The position numbers were made by a program, and so were the translations under genes. From a virus, in UHGV virus genome UHGV-1586850: 11,751 nucleotides of DNA; one strand, written 5' to 3'. Of the stretch, positions 7,860 to 11,751 are shown in pieces. Below the pieces are notes generated by a model, which ran no database searches, was not told the origin of the DNA, and worked only from the letters and a program-made list of their open reading frames with translations. Within the stretch, counting starts at the first letter, position 1. Every line of letters starts with the position of its first letter.

Positions 7860-8054
7860 ATGATATTTAAATGTATTCAGTGCGAGAGGGATATAACAGC
7901 CCTGCGTTTTCACAGCGCCATCGCCGTGATGTCCGGTAAATACCACATCCCTGCGGTACGCGTCACCCTGGTCTGCCCGTACTGCAGCCAGCATTTTTCG
8001 GCAGACGTGCCCGTCATGGAATTCTCCCGCCCTGACAGGGAGGACTCGCAATGA
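7860..8054 (+). CDS. Small zinc-ribbon-like protein (64 aa)
   Basis: Two CxxC pairs (CIQC near the N-terminus, CPYC near residue 40). SD GAGGAG (7844-7849). Confidence 0.5.
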   Translation: MIFKCIQCERDITALRFHSAIAVMSGKYHIPAVRVTLVCPYCSQHFSADVPVMEFSRPDREDSQ

Positions 8055-8323
8055 TTACCCCACAGGAAGCACGACAGCGCACCCGAACCCTTGTTGAACA
8101 CTATGTCAACGAGTGTGAATGCCGCGACCTCACCGATGTGAAGCACGTCCTGACGGCGCTAATCAGCATGACCGCTCAGGCCATTGTGGCGACCAACGGA
8201 AAGGCGGCTGCCCTGCAGGTACTGGTGAACACACTCACCCACACGGCAGAGCACGATGTGCCGTACCGGATGGAAACCACTGCAGAAGGCGGCCTGAACA
8301 TCACCGTCGACCGGAAACACTGA
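8051..8323 (+). CDS. Hypothetical early protein (90 aa)
   Basis: ATGA start/stop overlap with the upstream gene (8051-8054). Unrecognised. Confidence 0.55.
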   Translation: MITPQEARQRTRTLVEHYVNECECRDLTDVKHVLTALISMTAQAIVATNGKAAALQVLVNTLTHTAEHDVPYRMETTAEGGLNITVDRKH

Positions 8324-8332
8324 GGGCGCGGC

Positions 8333-8638
8333 ATGACACGGAACACCGAACTCACCCGCACCGCCCTCTACCGTCTGGCCCTGCAGCGTTTCGGGCCGGA
8401 CGCACAGGCCCTGAAACTGACAGAAGAGGCCGCTGAACTGGCGGCCAGTGCCGCCCGCAACCTGAACGGACAGGGCAGCGAAAGTGACCTCGCGGCAGAG
8501 CTGGCAGACGTGGAAATCATGACAGAGCAGCTGCGCCTTCAGGGAATGGACCGGCTGATTGACTTCCACAAACAGAAAAAACTGGAACGCCTTGCCGCAC
8601 GGCTGGGCGTCATGTACACCGGAGATACTGAACAATGA
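8333..8638 (+). CDS. MazG-like all-alpha nucleotide pyrophosphohydrolase (putative)
   Basis: 101 aa with EExxE (TEEAAEL) followed by ExxD (AAELADVEI) acidic motifs in predicted helices, as in MazG/HisE-type NTP-PPases. SD GAGGG (8322-8326). Confidence 0.5.
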   Translation: MTRNTELTRTALYRLALQRFGPDAQALKLTEEAAELAASAARNLNGQGSESDLAAELADVEIMTEQLRLQGMDRLIDFHKQKKLERLAARLGVMYTGDTEQ

Positions 8639-9318
8639 CAGACCAGGATAAACACATTGAGAAACTGAAAAAGTTGCTGGCGCTGGCCGCATCCGGCAAC
8701 CCTCACGAGGCCGCTCTGGCACTGCGCCGTGCCCGTAAACTGATGGATGTTCACGGCATCACACATTCCGACATCGCCATGAGTGATATTGATGAAACCA
8801 TCAGTCACTACTGGCCGACAGGCAGCCTCCGTCCACCGCGCTACATGCTGGGCCTGATGAACATCATCCGCGAGGCATTTGGTGTTAACTCCATCATTCA
8901 CCCCGGCACATATCCGGGTGTGGGGTTCTACGGCAACCGGGAACGGGCTGCACTGGCTGCGTACACCTGGGAAGTGCTGGCCCGTCAGCTGAAAAAGGCG
9001 CGTCAGCAATATATCAGCGCACAGAACAAAAGAATAAAAACTGCCACCCGTACCAGCCGTGGTGACCAGTTTGCTGAAGGCTGGGTGCTGGCCGTTATCA
9101 GTGAAATACAGTCCTTCGCCCTGACCGATGACGAACGTGAACTGATGCAGCAGTGGCTGGAACATAAATACCCGCAGACGCAAACCACCAGGGCGCGTAA
9201 ACCGGGAAGAAGCCGCAATGGCGACGCCTCGCGCTATGCGGGGTTTCGTGAAGGGCAGAACGTCAGACTGCACCGCCCGGTCAGTGGGCAGGAACAACAG
9301 AAACTGGAGGCCAGATGA
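8635..9318 (+). CDS. Conserved phage early protein with DUF2786-like N-terminus (227 aa)
   Basis: ATGA overlap with the upstream gene. N-terminal KLKKLLALAASGNPHEAALALRRARKLM resembles the DUF2786 motif common in prophage early regions. Confidence 0.65.
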   Translation: MTDQDKHIEKLKKLLALAASGNPHEAALALRRARKLMDVHGITHSDIAMSDIDETISHYWPTGSLRPPRYMLGLMNIIREAFGVNSIIHPGTYPGVGFYGNRERAALAAYTWEVLARQLKKARQQYISAQNKRIKTATRTSRGDQFAEGWVLAVISEIQSFALTDDERELMQQWLEHKYPQTQTTRARKPGRSRNGDASRYAGFREGQNVRLHRPVSGQEQQKLEAR

Positions 9319-9545
9319 TTACGCTATCAGGTAAAAGCCGGAAATTAAAAGCCTGCCGAATATCTGCCAGATACCTTTTTGCCCGCGCCTTTTTTAAGAA
9401 CGTCAGGCCGGGGATCACAATTGGTGTTATTGCCGGACGCGAACAGGTTGAAAAATACATGTCAGGTGCATGGTGGAATAACGACCCTGTCATTGCTGCC
9501 CGTAATATTCATATCAGTTGGGGGGATATTCAGAATGACGGCTGA
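9315..9545 (+). CDS. Hypothetical small basic protein (76 aa)
   Basis: ATGA overlap with the upstream stop (9315-9318). Unrecognised. Confidence 0.45.
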   Translation: MITLSGKSRKLKACRISARYLFARAFFKNVRPGITIGVIAGREQVEKYMSGAWWNNDPVIAARNIHISWGDIQNDG

Positions 9546-9750
9546 ATCTGTTGTATGTGCCCTGTTCTGGTATTGTTTTGTCGGTTGGTGTACTGCTGAA
9601 CTGCACCGCCGTTCAGGGTTTTATTCACGTTACAGTGGTGCTGGCTACTGGATTAGCTGGTCGGTGATGTTCCTGTGCTGGCCTGTGGCGCTTCCTTTAT
9701 ATGTCGATTATATCGGTGGCGCAGGTAAAAGGAGCAACGATGATGACTAA
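9535..9750 (+). CDS. Small membrane protein (71 aa, two predicted TM helices)
   Basis: In-frame ATG at 9535 preceded by GGGGGGA (9520-9526). Hydrophobic segments VVCALFWYCFVGWC and WISWSVMFLCWPVALPLYV. The ORF-track start at 9379 is unsupported. Confidence 0.5.
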   Translation: MTAESVVCALFWYCFVGWCTAELHRRSGFYSRYSGAGYWISWSVMFLCWPVALPLYVDYIGGAGKRSNDDD

Positions 9751-10192
9751 ACAACGTCTTATCCAGCTCATTCATATTGCCCGTAATGAACTGGGTATGG
9801 ATGAAGACACCTACCGCCAGATGTTACAGGGGCTGACCGGTAAAGCCTCAACCAAAGGAATGGATACCACACAACTAAACTGCGTGCTGGAATCCATGAA
9901 AAGGAAAGGCTTTCGCGTTAAGCCTGCCGGAAAAGCCAGCTCCGGTTTACCGCTGGATAACCATCCGCAGTCCAGGAAAATCCGTGCGCTATGGCTTGAA
10001 ATGGCTGCTGCCGGCATTGTTCGTGACCGTTCAGAAAATGCATTAGCGAGGTGGATCAAGCGGGAAACGGGCATCAGCGCCCTGCGCTGGCTCAGTACTG
10101 AACAGGCAAGCAGTGTTATTGAGAAACTGAAGAAGTGGCAGCGCAGAGCTGCGGGAGTCAAACATGAGCGACCTGAATCAGTTTCGAAGTAA
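9740..10192 (+). CDS. gemA: GemA-like protein (Mu gp16 / DUF1018 family)
   Basis: SD AAAAGGAG (9727-9734) 5 nt before ATG 9740. N-terminal TKQRLIQLIHIARNELGMDEDTYRQML matches the gp16/GemA signature as I recall it. Sits immediately upstream of mor, as in Mu. Confidence 0.65.
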   Translation: MMTKQRLIQLIHIARNELGMDEDTYRQMLQGLTGKASTKGMDTTQLNCVLESMKRKGFRVKPAGKASSGLPLDNHPQSRKIRALWLEMAAAGIVRDRSENALARWIKRETGISALRWLSTEQASSVIEKLKKWQRRAAGVKHERPESVSK

Positions 10193-10562
10193 AGGGCCGG
10201 AACTCCTGGTGGAGCTGGCACAGCATACCTCTGAGACCGTTCGCGAGATTATTGATATTGAGCCCGCAATTGCCGACCAGATTGGTCAGGCCGTCGCGAA
10301 CCGAATGATGCAGGTCTGGGGCGGGCAAAACGTTTATTTCCCGATGGGCATGGTATGGAAGGTCAGTCAGCGCGACCGGGAAATCTTCAGGGAGTTTAAC
10401 GGACGCAACCACCACGAACTGGCCCGCAAGTTTGGTGTTTCGCTTCAGTGGGTCTACAGCGTGGTTAAGCGGGTCAGAAAAGAAGAACTGGATCGGATGC
10501 AGGGCAGGTTGTTTGATGAAGATCTGCCAGAGGAGACGAAAGACGTTAACAAATCCAGATAA
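10164..10562 (+). CDS. mor: Mor-like transcriptional activator (Mor/C family)
   Basis: 132 aa. C-terminal GGQNVYFPMG ... FREFNGRNHHELARKFGVSLQWVYSVVKR matches the conserved Mor/C HTH region (compare Mu Mor GGGQVYIP ... FNGRN ... YGV ... VYK). Last gene before the intrinsic terminator. Confidence 0.85.
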   Translation: MSDLNQFRSKGPELLVELAQHTSETVREIIDIEPAIADQIGQAVANRMMQVWGGQNVYFPMGMVWKVSQRDREIFREFNGRNHHELARKFGVSLQWVYSVVKRVRKEELDRMQGRLFDEDLPEETKDVNKSR

Positions 10563-10605
10563 TTCCTGCTTGTTAAAGTCCTTTCAAAAATCTCCTTATT
10601 GTATA

Positions 10606-10638
10606 AAAGCACGGTAGACCCCTTACCGTGCTTTTTTT
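10606..10638 (+). terminator. Rho-independent terminator ending the early operon
   Basis: Stem AAAGCACGGTA (10606-10616) / TACCGTGCTTT (10624-10634), 7-nt loop GACCCCT, then a run of T's to 10638. Confidence 0.8.
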
Positions 10639-10676
10639 ATGCTCTCTCTTTAGTATTCAGGATGCAGGGAGAAAAT

Positions 10677-11309
10677 ATGTTTGACGTTTCGTTGTTAAAT
10701 CTGCCATGGGCAACACTGGTGACCCTGACCAGTGGCTATATTGGGTATTTTATTGCGAATGTGGGACTGAAGGATCACCACAAGCCCATTGAGGTGACTT
10801 TTTCTTCGCTGATTTTTGGCCTGACAGCAATGATGGCTTACCAGGCTGTTATGTGGGCAGGTCTGAATGCCTGGCTGGCAACACCACCAGCACTTCTGTG
10901 TGCCGTTACATGCGGTGCGTGGTGGCGCAGGTACGGTCGCAAATGGATGTACAGATTACTGTGGAATAATGATATTTCATGGTCTGACGATACCAGCTCA
11001 GCATGGCAGGCAATGTTTGATCAAACAGGCTTCAGCGTTACCGAGGTCAGAGTGATTCTTCGCGATGGTTCCGGTATGATGTCACGGCTGCCAGGGAACT
11101 TTGAAGAGTGGCCTAACGGTCCGTTTACCCTGGGGAATAAAGGCGATATGGTTCTTTACGTCACGCACAGCAGCCCTTCAGGCAGTAACGAATGGGAAGA
11201 GTATAAAGGCGTGGTTGATAAGTACTGGGGAGCTCTGGCAACCTATATTCCAGCAGATCAGATTGCCAGAGTGGAGATCAGGCGCGTTCGTGCAACGAAC
11301 GATGAATGA
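10677..11309 (+). CDS. Integral membrane protein (210 aa; three N-terminal TM helices plus a soluble C-terminal domain of about 125 aa), function unknown
   Basis: SD AGGGAG (10665-10670) 6 nt before ATG 10677. Hydrophobic segments at about residues 9-31, 40-63 and 68-83. The ORF-track start at 10599 lies inside the terminator hairpin and is rejected. Confidence 0.7.
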   Translation: MFDVSLLNLPWATLVTLTSGYIGYFIANVGLKDHHKPIEVTFSSLIFGLTAMMAYQAVMWAGLNAWLATPPALLCAVTCGAWWRRYGRKWMYRLLWNNDISWSDDTSSAWQAMFDQTGFSVTEVRVILRDGSGMMSRLPGNFEEWPNGPFTLGNKGDMVLYVTHSSPSGSNEWEEYKGVVDKYWGALATYIPADQIARVEIRRVRATNDE

Positions 11310-11312
11310 TGT

Positions 11313-11474
11313 TTATTTTTTCCCTGGGGCAGGGGCTGCCGGCATAGTGGTTTTATTGGCAGAGGAAGACGATTCTCCTTTTCTACCGGAATCGCGCTCG
11401 AACGTCACGATGTGCTTGCTTTTGGGCTTTTCTGAGTAATCCAGGCTATCATGCTTATTGTTTTGAGTAGTCAT
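11313..11474 (-). CDS. Possible small hydrophilic ORF (53 aa), speculative
   Basis: ATG (complement of 11472-11474) preceded by AAGGA (complement of 11483-11487) at 8-nt spacing. Low-complexity product MTTQNNKHDSLDYSEKPKS... Below the ORF-track size cutoff. Confidence 0.2.
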   Translation of the reverse strand: MTTQNNKHDSLDYSEKPKSKHIVTFERDSGRKGESSSSANKTTMPAAPAPGKK

Positions 11475-11549
11475 TGGAATCATCCTTTTTGTTGCGGGTC
11501 ATGTTTCAGCAAACTCGATTCTAAGTTGCCAGGAAGGATGATTTCAATG
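11472..11549. repeat. 16-bp inverted repeat (15/16 match) with 46-bp spacer
   Basis: CATTGGAATCATCCTT (11472-11487) versus the reverse complement of AAGGATGATTTCAATG (11534-11549). Each arm read outward contains AAGGA-N8-ATG, an SD plus start codon. Confidence 0.45.
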
Positions 11550-11629
11550 CCCGACTTATCTATCGTATAGCGGAAAAGAATTTCAGTTCTGTTCACCAGA
11601 ACCCATGTTAACCCACTCCAATTCGTTAT

Positions 11630-11751
11630 TTATCTCACGGATCCCCCTTCATTTATCTCATGTCTGATCATGTAATCCAGCAGATGATGCTCCGCAAGAA
11701 TCACAATGTGCTGGACTTCAGTCACCACATGCATATTAATGCCGCGATCGT
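11630..11751 (-). CDS. Possible 3' end of a minus-strand gene entering from the right window edge, speculative
   Basis: 39 sense codons open to the window edge, ending at TAA (complement of 11630-11632). Too short to assess. Confidence 0.2.

Larger units (their letters stand above)
2073..10638 (+). mobile_element. Mu-like transposable prophage, repressor plus early region (boundaries not determined)
   Basis: Gene order repressor(-) / ner-like / DDE transposase / AAA+ ATPase / ... / gam / ... / gemA-like / mor / terminator mirrors the phage Mu early region. Terminal TG...CA ends and transposase-binding repeats were not located. Confidence 0.7.

Noticed and set aside
7782-9297. Minus-strand ORFs 7782-8051, 8159-8722 and 8539-9297, and plus-strand ORF 8119-8436, overlapping early genes
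   Set aside because: All are out-of-frame or antisense overlaps of translationally coupled plus-strand genes. Compositionally biased products (for example the Arg/His-rich 8119-8436) indicate spurious frames.
9811-10415. Minus-strand ORFs antisense to gemA-like and mor
   Set aside because: They overlap genes with recognisable GemA and Mor signatures and have no independent support.
10662-10676. Upstream in-frame ATG at 10662 as the start of the membrane protein
   Set aside because: No spacing to any SD (AGG abuts the ATG), whereas ATG 10677 has AGGGAG at 6 nt.
11101-11439. 112-aa plus-strand ORF overlapping the 3' half of the membrane protein gene
   Set aside because: It is out of frame with the better-supported membrane protein and has no SD. 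Only its tail (ATG 11302 to 11439, 45 codons with one hydrophobic stretch) lies outside that gene, and this is unsupported.
1-11751. CRISPR arrays, tRNA or rRNA genes
   Set aside because: No regularly spaced direct repeats and no tRNA-like T-arm or acceptor structures were seen. The only repeats are the short operator-like and inverted repeats reported above.

Overview
The window is dominated by the repressor/early arm of a Mu-like transposable prophage. A leftward XRE-family repressor (2073-2411) faces a rightward early operon of about 8 kb: Ner-like regulator, two extra genes, a DD(35)E transposase (A-like), an AAA+ ATPase (B-like), then small early genes including Gam, a MazG-like protein, a DUF2786-like protein, GemA-like and Mor. 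The operon appears to start at a near-consensus sigma70 promoter (2436-2464) flanked by two 16-bp operator-like repeats and ends at a strong intrinsic terminator (10606-10638). Left of the repressor (1-1960) lie an orphan Dam-family N6-adenine methyltransferase and three unrecognised ORFs, two of them with divergent start codons 1 bp apart. Right of the Mor terminator, where a Mu-type phage would carry C and late genes, there is instead a 3-TM membrane protein gene and about 440 bp of low-coding DNA with a 16-bp inverted repeat. No rRNA, tRNA or CRISPR array was seen. Prophage ends were not identified, and all homology statements rest on motif recognition by eye, not on database searches.
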